Under the pieces are notes generated by a model that worked only from the letters and a program-made list of their open reading frames with translations, did no database searches and had not been told where the DNA came from. 27,785 nucleotides of DNA from a virus (Duplodnaviria; Caudoviricetes): the IMG/VR virus record IMGVR_UViG_3300020045_005423, positions 1-27,785 of that record. The stretch is one strand, 5' to 3'. Below, piece by piece: positions 7,571 through 15,778 of the stretch; the first letter of the stretch is position 1; the number at the start of each line of letters is the position of its first letter. A program made the translations under genes and the position numbers.

Positions 7571-7690
7571 TTACCAAGATAGCAGCTTGTACCTTGTGTT
7601 GCCTATTTTTAGGAACAAGCCAGAGTTATTGTATAGCTTTGGTGAGTTCCAAATAAGCTTAATGTTCGGTAGGTTCATATTGAACTTCAT
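7571..7690 (-). CDS. Small hypothetical protein, 39 aa (not in ORF track)
   Basis: MKFNMNLPNIKLIWNSPKLYNNSGLFLKIGNTRYKLLSW; fills the gap up to the terminator. Confidence 0.45.
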   Translation of the reverse strand: MKFNMNLPNIKLIWNSPKLYNNSGLFLKIGNTRYKLLSW

Positions 7691-7691
7691 T

Positions 7692-8138
7692 TTAGCTTTT
7701 CAGTAGCTGCGAAAGTGAAACAATCAAGAACAGCTTAGGAGCAAACCACACAAGCAAAAAGCTCTTTAGGTTGACTGCAAAGACTAAGAACGAAATAAAC
7801 CCAAGCAGAGAACCAATTATAAAAGCAAACGCTCTGGCCTCGCAACCACCATAACGATTTTGTTTGAATGCATAAGTATTCCGCATTGCTACGTTGATAA
7901 CTAACCACAAACCAATACCAAGCACAATAGCACTTGCTAGTTCAATAAAACTCAAGTAAACACGATTAAAAGTAATAAACTGATAAGCAATATCTGGTAC
8001 TTGCTCTTTGGTGAATTCAACAGCAGCATTTACTGTGTTACCAACATAACCAAGGATTACATCAGCTTTGTTAAGTAGCTCTGTCTGTAGAGGTGTTAGT
8101 GATTCAACAGCTTTAGTTGTAGTCATTGTAGTAGTCAT
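7692..8138 (-). CDS. Membrane protein
   Basis: Hydrophobic segments, EQVPDI and WFAPKLFLI motifs; SD GGAG before the ATG at 8138. Confidence 0.75.
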   Translation of the reverse strand: MTTTMTTTKAVESLTPLQTELLNKADVILGYVGNTVNAAVEFTKEQVPDIAYQFITFNRVYLSFIELASAIVLGIGLWLVINVAMRNTYAFKQNRYGGCEARAFAFIIGSLLGFISFLVFAVNLKSFLLVWFAPKLFLIVSLSQLLKS

Positions 8139-8139
8139 T

Positions 8140-8274
8140 TTATTCTCCACGCTTAGAGCTACGTTGTGAACTCCAGTCTTGCTTACGTGGCTTCTTTGTA
8201 GGCTTGACTGGTACTGGTTTGGTGCGTGTATTCATACGCTCTAGTGGTTCTTGATTGTGTGCGAAGATTGTCAT
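8140..8274 (-). CDS. Small basic protein, 44 aa (not in ORF track)
   Basis: MTIFAHNQEPLERMNTRTKPVPVKPTKKPRKQDWSSQRSSKRGE. Confidence 0.45.
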   Translation of the reverse strand: MTIFAHNQEPLERMNTRTKPVPVKPTKKPRKQDWSSQRSSKRGE

Positions 8275-8346
8275 ATTGGCTTCTGTTGGTTTCTGTTGTT
8301 AATGATTACGTTGTTGAATTATAAACTAGATTGTTTATTGTTTAAG

Positions 8347-8667
8347 CTATTGGTGAGATTCTTTGTACTTCTCTTTCAGCAGTGTTCGCATGAAGTCATC
8401 CATCTTGAAAGCCACCGAGTAGCTTCCTTTGGAAAGCATCATTGGATTGCCTTTACTGATGAAGTTCCTTGGTTTGTTCTCTTTCAAAGAAAAAGTACCT
8501 AATCCTCGTAGCTTTAGTGTTTTACCACTTAGGAGTGTATCTTGTAGAACAGCAATAAAGCCATTAAGAATATCATCTGATTCGTATTGTAAGTACGAAG
8601 TTTCTTCAGATATAGCAGATAGTAAAGCACCACCTTGTAAAGGCTTTTGTTTAGTTTTTGTAGTCAT
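8347..8667 (-). CDS. HU/IHF-family DNA-binding protein
   Basis: LSGKTLKLRGLGTFSLKENKPR...VAFK matches the HU/IHF beta-arm pattern. Confidence 0.8.
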   Translation of the reverse strand: MTTKTKQKPLQGGALLSAISEETSYLQYESDDILNGFIAVLQDTLLSGKTLKLRGLGTFSLKENKPRNFISKGNPMMLSKGSYSVAFKMDDFMRTLLKEKYKESHQ

Positions 8668-8840
8668 TACTTGGTTGAGTTATCGATGTGAAGTTCAGCA
8701 GACAACCATACAATACTAAGCATCATAGCATTGAACAGGTAAGACAGTAAGCCTGGTTTAAATCCAACTGAGAGTAGTTCATGGAATAAATTACCTGTGT
8801 TAAGTACTACACAGAATAAAGCAAAGAACCACAGTTTCAT
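8667..8840 (-). CDS. Small membrane protein, 57 aa (not in ORF track)
   Basis: MKLWFFALFCVVLN...; SD AAGGA; start and stop overlap both neighbours. Confidence 0.55.
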   Translation of the reverse strand: MKLWFFALFCVVLNTGNLFHELLSVGFKPGLLSYLFNAMMLSIVWLSAELHIDNSTK

Positions 8841-9016
8841 TTGGTTTCCTTTGGATAGCTCATCATTGCTTTGAATTCTGCTTTAATATCTCTGGATAGA
8901 AAGTAAACACAATCAAATAATGCAATTGGTACAACAACGAAAAGACTTAACAATCCGCAAAAGAGCACCATATAGCGTAAGTTGTGATTGATCATCCATT
9001 TAGCCCAAGGTTTCAT
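8837..9016 (-). CDS. Small membrane protein, 59 aa (not in ORF track)
   Basis: MKPWAKWMINHNLRYMVLFCGLLSLFVVVPIALF...; SD GGAG; ATGA overlap. Confidence 0.55.
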   Translation of the reverse strand: MKPWAKWMINHNLRYMVLFCGLLSLFVVVPIALFDCVYFLSRDIKAEFKAMMSYPKETK

Positions 9017-9065
9017 TTACTTTCTCCATTAGTTCTTTAATTGTTTATATAATTGCTTCAATAAA

Positions 9066-9299
9066 TTACCATGCAATATATGTTGAGTCACCTCCAGGGT
9101 GACACCTAGTAACTTCTACTCTAAAACCATCTTGCTCCAAGAGTATTACAGTGCCTTTATCAACAGCTCGCCACGGCCAAAACAACTCATTTCTACCTTT
9201 TGAGCAGAGAATCTTGATGTCATCAACCACGTTGTTGTAATCAAGTGCTGTTGTAACTGTAGCACTTCGTGCATTTTGTGCTGTAAAGCGTTCAATCAT
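9066..9299 (-). CDS. Hypothetical protein
   Basis: 77 aa ORF, ATGA coupling. Confidence 0.65.
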   Translation of the reverse strand: MIERFTAQNARSATVTTALDYNNVVDDIKILCSKGRNELFWPWRAVDKGTVILLEQDGFRVEVTRCHPGGDSTYIAW

Positions 9300-9643
9300 T
9301 TGTCTTCCTTAATTGGTTCATTACTTGATTCTACCACAGTGTTCTCTTCATCTACACTAAGCACAGCATCAATCTCATTACTTTCAACATCCACAAGTAC
9401 AACACCATTATGCTGAAGCAGTACACCGCTTACACACAAACGTTCAAACATAGCTTCTGGATATGACTGCTTGATGATCTTTTTAGCAAGATCACAGCAA
9501 GTACAAAGCACACAACAAGTAAAGCTAGTGATGACGTTGTTGGAGTCCTCGTGATGAACTGTATAGCAGTAAGCATTAGTCTTTAAAGGTTGTGCTGGTA
9601 GAAGCTCAATGAAGATGCCTTCTTGTTTGTTAGATTGTGTCAT
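9296..9643 (-). CDS. Hypothetical Cys-rich protein (start MTQSNK)
   Basis: ORF track 9296..9700; SD AAGGGA before the ATG at 9643. Confidence 0.6.
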   Translation of the reverse strand: MTQSNKQEGIFIELLPAQPLKTNAYCYTVHHEDSNNVITSFTCCVLCTCCDLAKKIIKQSYPEAMFERLCVSGVLLQHNGVVLVDVESNEIDAVLSVDEENTVVESSNEPIKEDK

Positions 9644-10169
9644 TATCAGTCCCTTTAAAGGCATCGCCATCGGCGGGGCCGTTGTCTTGGAGCATTTCAA
9701 CAGACTTCAGTTTTAGTGTTTCTCCACAGAAGACAAGTTTAAGGTTATCTGTAGGGAGGAGCTTATCAGAGCACTGCCCAAAGCTGATATTAACAAGGTC
9801 ATTGACTGAGTGCGGAAACAAATCGACATTGCAGTAACCAACAACATCAGGTTTTGGTGTAGGCTTGATGCGGTACTTTCTGTTTGTATCCCACACAGGA
9901 TCATTCCAAATGCAGTCTAACCATTCGTTGTACTCAGTTGCGTAGTGCTGAATTCGTGCTCCATTCTCCCGAGCAGTAATCAGTTCTTGGTGAACATGTG
10001 GTACTGGCTTGAGACGAAGCTCATTGTCAGCACTAGTACACAGGGCTTCAGCCTGAGTAAGATCAATCCAAGTACCTTCTTTGGTAAGTCCTTGGATGGC
10101 TTCACCATCAGCTATCCATTCGAGTGCTTGGTGGCAAGGGTGCTGGGTTTTAGTAGTGTTTGTAGTCAT
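9630..10169 (-). CDS. Hypothetical protein with an internal repeated module (LRLKP / YRIKP)
   Basis: ADGEAIQ...LRLKP and ENGARIQ...YRIKP; first gene after the -10 at 10198-10203. Confidence 0.7.
   Translation of the reverse strand: MTTNTTKTQHPCHQALEWIADGEAIQGLTKEGTWIDLTQAEALCTSADNELRLKPVPHVHQELITARENGARIQHYATEYNEWLDCIWNDPVWDTNRKYRIKPTPKPDVVGYCNVDLFPHSVNDLVNISFGQCSDKLLPTDNLKLVFCGETLKLKSVEMLQDNGPADGDAFKGTDNDTI
9657..9687 (+). repeat. 31-bp GC-rich dispersed element, copy B
   Basis: AAAGGCATCGCCATCGGCGGGGCCGTTGTCT. Confidence 0.9.
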
Positions 10170-10330
10170 GATATTCACTTGGTTTGTTAGTTAAGTAATT
10201 ATAGCACTTCAGAAGACTTCAATTCACCTGTTGAGCCACAGAATGTCACCTTGGTATTGTGCCAAGAACTTTTAGTACAATCAAGACCACTTACAGAAGT
10301 AGAGTTGTCATCTGTACTGTAGCGTACTTC

Positions 10331-10597
10331 TTAGTAGTAAACTTTATCCTTTGGTTTGTTCTTATGGCATTGAATGAAAGGAGGTACTTCGTGCTCTTCA
10401 TAGCACATCCAATCAACACCAAGAGAATTGTTCTTTGGTTGATAGCCGAAGATAACAGGGTACTTGCTGAAACTGGCTTTACCAACTGAGTAAGTGCCCA
10501 AGAGGTATTCATGTGTGCAGCAAATGAAGTTTCCAAATGTAGGGTCAAGGAGTGTGTCTCCGGGGTGTGGAAGTGATTTATGTTTTGTGATAGTCAT
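10331..10597 (-). CDS. Hypothetical protein
   Basis: SD AAGGA, after the -10 at 10633-10638. Confidence 0.55.
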   Translation of the reverse strand: MTITKHKSLPHPGDTLLDPTFGNFICCTHEYLLGTYSVGKASFSKYPVIFGYQPKNNSLGVDWMCYEEHEVPPFIQCHKNKPKDKVYY

Positions 10598-10693
10598 TAT
10601 AAAGTCCTTTGGTTAGATTAATTGGTGAGTAGAGTATAGCACTTTCATGGGAAATCCCAAGAACTCAGTTGAGAATTCCTAGGATTATTCAAT

Positions 10694-11614
10694 TTAACCC
10701 GGCAAGAAGTTCCCTTCAATCAATTGGCGATGTTGTACCCATCCACGCAAGTTACCACTGAACAACTCACCTTTACGATTCACATGCGTAATACCGGGTT
10801 CCCACTGTGAGGCATCGAAAGGATTACTGTACTTCTGCATTGGTTTAGCTTGATGCTCAAAAGGGCTAGCGTGTACAGGCTTAGAATTAACCAAACGATC
10901 GTATACCATATCAGCTTTGTCTACAGAGGAATCATTCTTGCGAAAACTCGTCTGCGCACAGCAACTGGCACTTACTTTAAGAGCTTCTTCAGGAGTGAAA
11001 AAACCATAACCTACTTCAAGATACTGGCGTGAGATGGTTTTATTTTTAACACGTAAAATTGAGTCTACATAAGGGGTGTGAAACTCACCTAAATCCAATG
11101 CACTGGCCTCCGTGCTTTCCCAAAGTTCTTGCATTTGCTTAAACAACATAGCAATAGTAGGATCAGCATCTTTGTGATTACGCAAGTAAAAGCAATTGTT
11201 CCAGTCAGTAGCCGACATAACAGTTTTCATGTGCTGATAAGGCTCAGTAACACGGTTAGCTACTTGCTTGTGTACACCTGTTTCTGCAAGCCTACGAGAG
11301 TATTTAATAGCTTCCTTGGCAGCTAATTGCCAGTATTGTTGTACAAGGTCCAGTGCTTCTCCATTTAGTTCTTCACCTGCTTGCATACCTGTCTGGTTCT
11401 TACCCCAGTGAACAGGTACAGCAACGTCATTCTCAATCTCTTTAAGCATACTCTCAATTGGAATAGCTCGTGAGCTGGCACAATTGCGACTGAGTTGCTT
11501 GTGGGTTAATACCTCCTGATGTATCATACGCGGATAAACTAGCTCATACGTGCCCATACAAGCATCACTATAAGGGCCAAGTGATTTCTGGAGTAGTTTT
11601 ACCTTGATAGTCAT
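10694..11614 (-). CDS. thyX: FAD-dependent thymidylate synthase
   Basis: THKQLSRNCASSRAIP (variant of RHRxxSxxxxSxR), HKQVANR, HASPFEH, GNLRGWVQHR. Confidence 0.9.
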   Translation of the reverse strand: MTIKVKLLQKSLGPYSDACMGTYELVYPRMIHQEVLTHKQLSRNCASSRAIPIESMLKEIENDVAVPVHWGKNQTGMQAGEELNGEALDLVQQYWQLAAKEAIKYSRRLAETGVHKQVANRVTEPYQHMKTVMSATDWNNCFYLRNHKDADPTIAMLFKQMQELWESTEASALDLGEFHTPYVDSILRVKNKTISRQYLEVGYGFFTPEEALKVSASCCAQTSFRKNDSSVDKADMVYDRLVNSKPVHASPFEHQAKPMQKYSNPFDASQWEPGITHVNRKGELFSGNLRGWVQHRQLIEGNFLPG

Positions 11615-11958
11615 TCTTTCTCTTCCTTAGTAATTGTAAATCTAGTGCGATCAATGTAGTAGTATTGTTTATCATGGCGATTGTATTCTACCTTTAAAGT
11701 ACCAACATAATACTCTCCTTGAACAATAAACTCTTGTTCGTACTCATCACAGCCACAGTTGTAACTTCCTTCACAGTCTGCTGAAGCCTTAGCCCACAGC
11801 TTCTCAGTGAGTACAGACTCAGCATCTTCTAGTGTTTCAAATGTGTTGTTCCAAGCGAGGCTATTGAAATCCTCCAGAGTTTGTTCTGCTGAAGCAAGTT
11901 GATATTTAGCTTCTTTGATAGCCAAGGTTAGTGCTTGAATTGTTTCTTCTTTAGTCAT
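11611..11958 (-). CDS. Hypothetical protein
   Basis: 115 aa, coupled to thyX. Confidence 0.7.
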   Translation of the reverse strand: MTKEETIQALTLAIKEAKYQLASAEQTLEDFNSLAWNNTFETLEDAESVLTEKLWAKASADCEGSYNCGCDEYEQEFIVQGEYYVGTLKVEYNRHDKQYYYIDRTRFTITKEEKE

Positions 11959-11967
11959 TTGGTTTCC

Positions 11968-12414
11968 TTATATAGTTGTGTTTACAGTTGATAACAGTGC
12001 TTGCTCTTTAACCTTACTAAGTATAACATCAATACCAGCTTGAACAATACCGTTCATTGATACTCCTTCAAAAGATAAAGCAATAGGTAGTCCTGCTTCT
12101 TTGATATAAGCATCAATACCGTTTTGTTCTTGCTTGGTGTACTCTCGTTTTGTAACCTTTAGTTCAGTTGCTTTATGCATAGCTGTTTGAACAGCTTCTC
12201 GGTACATCTCCAAAGCAGCTAAGACTGGTGCGTAATCCGGTTGGATATTAAACTTAGTCAATGTAGAGCCTTGCTCAGAGACAACCAAGTGAGAACCAAG
12301 CGGGTAGTAGAAGTATTCATTCTCGTACACACCGATTTCAATGTAGCGTCTTCCTTGCTTTTTGTAGATACCTGTAGGGGGTTGTTTGTCTTGTGTTCTT
12401 ACTAATGATGTCAT
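11968..12414 (-). CDS. Hypothetical protein
   Basis: 148 aa, SD AAGGA. Confidence 0.7.
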   Translation of the reverse strand: MTSLVRTQDKQPPTGIYKKQGRRYIEIGVYENEYFYYPLGSHLVVSEQGSTLTKFNIQPDYAPVLAALEMYREAVQTAMHKATELKVTKREYTKQEQNGIDAYIKEAGLPIALSFEGVSMNGIVQAGIDVILSKVKEQALLSTVNTTI

Positions 12415-12430
12415 TTTGTAATTCCTTTTG

Positions 12431-13102
12431 TTAACCTTGAGCTTTCATTCGCTTCATTGTAGTCTGAATCTGCACTAGCTTTTTGATCTTCTGTTGCTCG
12501 CTTTGGATATACTTGAACAGTTCAGTTTTATCATCTGAGTAAATCTTTGGGATAGCTCCAACAAACTCTTTAGCTTCTCTAACAGCAGCCTCTTTATCTG
12601 TAATACTACTAGACACCAAAGCAATCAAAGACTGTAGGTTGCTTGCACTTAGTTTCAGTGGCTCTTTTTGTTTAGGTTGTAGTGAAAGGAAGTGCTTGTA
12701 TGCTTGTTGGATAGTGAAGCCTTCTGTTCCTCTATGACCCGGAAAGTTAGCTGGTGATTTGAAGGAATTACCAAAAAGTTCAACATTTACTTCAAGCACA
12801 GGTGCTGTATAGAGGTAGTACACCACGTTAGCAAATGTCTCTTTATAGAACACAAGCTTATCGCTAACAGCGCCTTGATAGAGCGTTGTATAAAGAAGTA
12901 CCTTTGCTTGAAAGTCCTCTGTTGTGCGTACAAAGCTAAAAGGTAATTGATGATCTTTTGTAACAAGCACTTGTCCATCTTCTGAGAAAGCAATAATCTT
13001 AACAAGTTTATCACTTAGGGTTACTTCTGGTGTAGTTGGTTTGTTCATGATTGGTTTAGTTGAGGTTGTAAAGCGAGTTGTTTCTGTTTCAGGGTAGTAC
13101 AT
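12431..13102 (-). CDS. Hypothetical protein with a C-terminal coiled coil
   Basis: 223 aa ORF after the -10 at 13136-13141. Confidence 0.65.
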   Translation of the reverse strand: MYYPETETTRFTTSTKPIMNKPTTPEVTLSDKLVKIIAFSEDGQVLVTKDHQLPFSFVRTTEDFQAKVLLYTTLYQGAVSDKLVFYKETFANVVYYLYTAPVLEVNVELFGNSFKSPANFPGHRGTEGFTIQQAYKHFLSLQPKQKEPLKLSASNLQSLIALVSSSITDKEAAVREAKEFVGAIPKIYSDDKTELFKYIQSEQQKIKKLVQIQTTMKRMKAQG

Positions 13103-13161
13103 AGCGGTTTCTTTCTGAGGTTAAGATAGTGATTAATTATAGCAGATGCTTGAAGTAAGTC

Positions 13162-13419
13162 TCAGTCAAAACGAATTGTAGAACCTTTTAGTAAGCCACC
13201 ACAAACAACTCCAGTAACAGATTGACCTTTGATTGTTTTAGCAGTGAAGCCATCGCTGTAAGCATCATCCTGGCCACAGCCAAAGAAAGAGTAACCTGTC
13301 ATTGTTACATCAGTGAAACCTTGTGATTCCAATAGGTGTTTTGATTCAGGTGTTCGAGTACAAGCAGTAAGACTAAGTGCAGTCAATGCTGTTAGTGTGA
13401 GTTTAAGTAATTTGTTCAT
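13162..13419 (-). CDS. Phage lipoprotein
   Basis: Signal peptide with lipobox LTAC; TGYSFFGC and GVVCGGLLKGSTIRFD motifs. Confidence 0.8.
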   Translation of the reverse strand: MNKLLKLTLTALTALSLTACTRTPESKHLLESQGFTDVTMTGYSFFGCGQDDAYSDGFTAKTIKGQSVTGVVCGGLLKGSTIRFD

Positions 13420-13442
13420 AGTTGTCCTTTGGATTGTGTTAT

Positions 13443-13694
13443 TCAAGAAACAATAACACGATAAGTTTCTACAAGCACAAAGCTGTTATAAGAGTATTGC
13501 GTAGTGTCATCAATGAACTTCAATAATGCAGTAATTGATGACTCTTTGCTACTATGGCTGGTTTCTAGACAGAAGTAGGACTCATTGGTGTAAATAGGGC
13601 TGACCTCTTCGAGTTCATCCTCGGAGTTTTTATGCAGCCATTCGTAAGTGATTTCTACGTGCTTAGTCATTGTGTTTATAGGAAGATTTAACAT
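13443..13694 (-). CDS. Hypothetical protein (similar to 14480..14719)
   Basis: Y.W at the N-terminus, SKE...AL, LVET.R at the C-terminus. Confidence 0.6.
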   Translation of the reverse strand: MLNLPINTMTKHVEITYEWLHKNSEDELEEVSPIYTNESYFCLETSHSSKESSITALLKFIDDTTQYSYNSFVLVETYRVIVS

Positions 13695-13781
13695 CTTCCG
13701 TCCTTTCCTTTAAGTAAAGTTGGAATTTGTTGGAGTGATGCTTGAGAAGTCCATCCCACTGGGCTGACCTTTATTCTAGCA

Positions 13782-14225
13782 CTAAAAATACAAAGGGTTG
13801 CTAGTGTTAAGAAATTCAACAGCTATCTTTTGAGCTTTCAACAAGTCAATACCTGTTGTGTCACGGTAGTGCTCACCGTAGACTAATCTAGTAATACCTG
13901 CTTGGGCTAACATAGCAGCACACTGAGTACAAGGTGATAAGCTAATGTAGATAGTGCTTCCTAGTACGGACACACCTTCTTTAGCTGCCTTCAACAAAGT
14001 GTTAAGTTCTGAGTGCAACACAAAAGGCTTAGTAACAAGCACACCATTGATCTCGTCCTCTAGGTTGTTGTCCCAGCCACTAGGAGAGCCGTTATAGCCG
14101 CTTAGAACTACACCAGAGTGTGTCACTATCAATGAGCCTACTTTGGAGCGTCTAGCAGTGCTTAAAGAGGCTACAAGCAGGGCTTGCTTCATGTAGATTA
14201 CATCGTGCTGTGTTTGGGATGCCAT
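13782..14225 (-). CDS. dCMP deaminase
   Basis: ARRSKVGSLIV, SGYNGSPSG, HSELN, LSPCTQCA, YRDTTGIDLL. Confidence 0.9.
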   Translation of the reverse strand: MASQTQHDVIYMKQALLVASLSTARRSKVGSLIVTHSGVVLSGYNGSPSGWDNNLEDEINGVLVTKPFVLHSELNTLLKAAKEGVSVLGSTIYISLSPCTQCAAMLAQAGITRLVYGEHYRDTTGIDLLKAQKIAVEFLNTSNPLYF

Positions 14226-14228
14226 AAG

Positions 14229-14456
14229 TTACTTCTTCAGGATAGATTTGATTTCATCAAGGTATTCAATGATGTACTCCGAGACAGTTTCAGCTGTATA
14301 GCAACCTGTATCATCCAAGAGGCAATGATGGTAGATGTGGTTATATAGCTCTGAGGCTAGTTCTTGGTTATGAGAAAGGCATTCAGCTTCATCAAGCCAG
14401 AGTGAGCTATCGTTAGCTACGTAGGCTTGTACTTGTGTTGTGGGAGTAGGTTTCAT
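14229..14456 (-). CDS. Hypothetical acidic protein
   Basis: 75 aa, SD AGGGA. Confidence 0.6.
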   Translation of the reverse strand: MKPTPTTQVQAYVANDSSLWLDEAECLSHNQELASELYNHIYHHCLLDDTGCYTAETVSEYIIEYLDEIKSILKK

Positions 14457-14479
14457 TTATTCCCTAGATTTAGTGTATG

Positions 14480-14719
14480 TTACCAAGTAGCTCTTAGTGT
14501 TTCAACAAGTTGCAGGTCATCACCATCGTACTTCCATTTTGTTTCTTCTGTGATGAGCAACTTCAAAGCGCTATAGGCATCTTCTTTGGAGTTGTATTCA
14601 TCATCCATATGGATGTAATCTCCAGTTTCACTGTTGTAATTATCTGGCACTTTAGAGAACAGTCCTGTGCAGGTGTCAATGAGCCGCCAGTGATATACAG
14701 GTTTGAATTCAATGGTCAT
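14480..14719 (-). CDS. Hypothetical protein (start MTIEFK)
   Basis: ORF track 14480..14764; SD AAGGA before the internal ATG. Confidence 0.65.
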   Translation of the reverse strand: MTIEFKPVYHWRLIDTCTGLFSKVPDNYNSETGDYIHMDDEYNSKEDAYSALKLLITEETKWKYDGDDLQLVETLRATW

Positions 14720-14787
14720 TTTGATTCCTTTAAAGGTTAAGTTGGTGGATGAAGTATAGCACAAGTTCTTCTGTTAATTTAGTAGGT

Positions 14788-15021
14788 TCATTTCTTCTCG
14801 CGCACGAACACACCGCCTCCACCATGGGTTTTATCCAATACCCACAAGGAACCATCTGTACATAAAACCCATGTCCACATAGCAAAGCATTCATATTCTA
14901 CTTCGGCTATTTTTAGATCGTTCTCTACGAATGCGGCCTCAAGGCTCTGCTTATCACGGACGAGGCTGTTTTGAAATGTGAAACTGTTCGGTATGCCGGA
15001 TGTGCCACGAGATGTTTTCAT
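14788..15021 (-). CDS. Hypothetical protein
   Basis: 77 aa with its own -10 (15049-15054) and SD AAGGA. Confidence 0.6.
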   Translation of the reverse strand: MKTSRGTSGIPNSFTFQNSLVRDKQSLEAAFVENDLKIAEVEYECFAMWTWVLCTDGSLWVLDKTHGGGGVFVREKK

Positions 15022-15085
15022 AAGGTTCCTTGGTTTAATGTATGAAGAAGTATAGCACAGTGTAGACTAAAAGCAGAAAATAAAT

Positions 15086-15122
15086 AAAAGAAAAGCACCA
15101 CAAGGCAGAAGCCAAGGGTGCT
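15086..15122 (-). terminator. Rho-independent terminator
   Basis: AGCACC...GGC-TTCT-GCC...GGTGCT followed by TTTCTTTT. Confidence 0.7.
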
Positions 15123-15135
15123 AAAGGGTTAAGGG

Positions 15136-15723
15136 TTATGTTGTAGAAGGGATGCCTTGGTGGCGTTCTGTGTAAGATGCTCCAGCAGCGTTTAGTAGTT
15201 GTATTTGAAGGTTACGATAGTCGATTGCCATTTGTTTTGCTTGGTCGTATCCTAAATGTTCAACACGAAATCTCTTACACCTTTGTTTACCTTCTAGACA
15301 GCTCCATGTTGCACAAAAATATGTAAAGCCACAGGCTTTTACGTCTATACACACCCCTGTGTGCCCAGTTTTATTGTTCTTATGCTGCGCTTTGTTTTGA
15401 TTATTACTCTTAGCAGTTTTAATACAGATATTAGTTAATCTATTATCAAAAGGGTCTCCGTTTAAGTGGTCAATAACTAAGTCTGTGCTAATACTTTTGT
15501 ATAACATCACCCAAATAACTCTATGGACAACATAACTTTTGTTGTGGAGCATTACTTGCCATGCACTCTTCTGTCCAGTTTTCTTGTAAAACATATTACC
15601 AGCAACGGATTTTGCAATGATACCGTTTCTGGGAGAGTTTACCCATCTTAGCCCGCTAGGACTTGTTTCATCTAAGTAGAAATGATCTTCCCATTTAATA
15701 CTGTTGTAATCTTTTGTTTTCAT
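15136..15723 (-). CDS. Free-standing HNH homing endonuclease with an AP2-like C-terminal domain
   Basis: TSPSGLRW, VHRVIW, IDHLNGDPFDNRLTN, NKTGHTGV, YTERH. Confidence 0.88.
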   Translation of the reverse strand: MKTKDYNSIKWEDHFYLDETSPSGLRWVNSPRNGIIAKSVAGNMFYKKTGQKSAWQVMLHNKSYVVHRVIWVMLYKSISTDLVIDHLNGDPFDNRLTNICIKTAKSNNQNKAQHKNNKTGHTGVCIDVKACGFTYFCATWSCLEGKQRCKRFRVEHLGYDQAKQMAIDYRNLQIQLLNAAGASYTERHQGIPSTT

Positions 15724-15734
15724 GTTTCTCCAAT

Positions 15735-15768
15735 AGAAATAGCCTCCAAGATTTCTCCTAGAGGCTAT
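15735..15768 (-). terminator. Terminator-like hairpin after the reductase gene
   Basis: ATAGCCTCTAGGA-GAAA-TCTTGGAGGCTAT followed by TTCT. Confidence 0.65.
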
Positions 15769-15778
15769 AGTTAATTAA

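Noticed and set aside
10291-10548. Alternative-frame minus ORFs (also 9713..9904, 12787..13014, 17563..17763, 19114..19335, 20960..21145, 26069..26302)
   Set aside because: They overlap better-supported same-strand genes.
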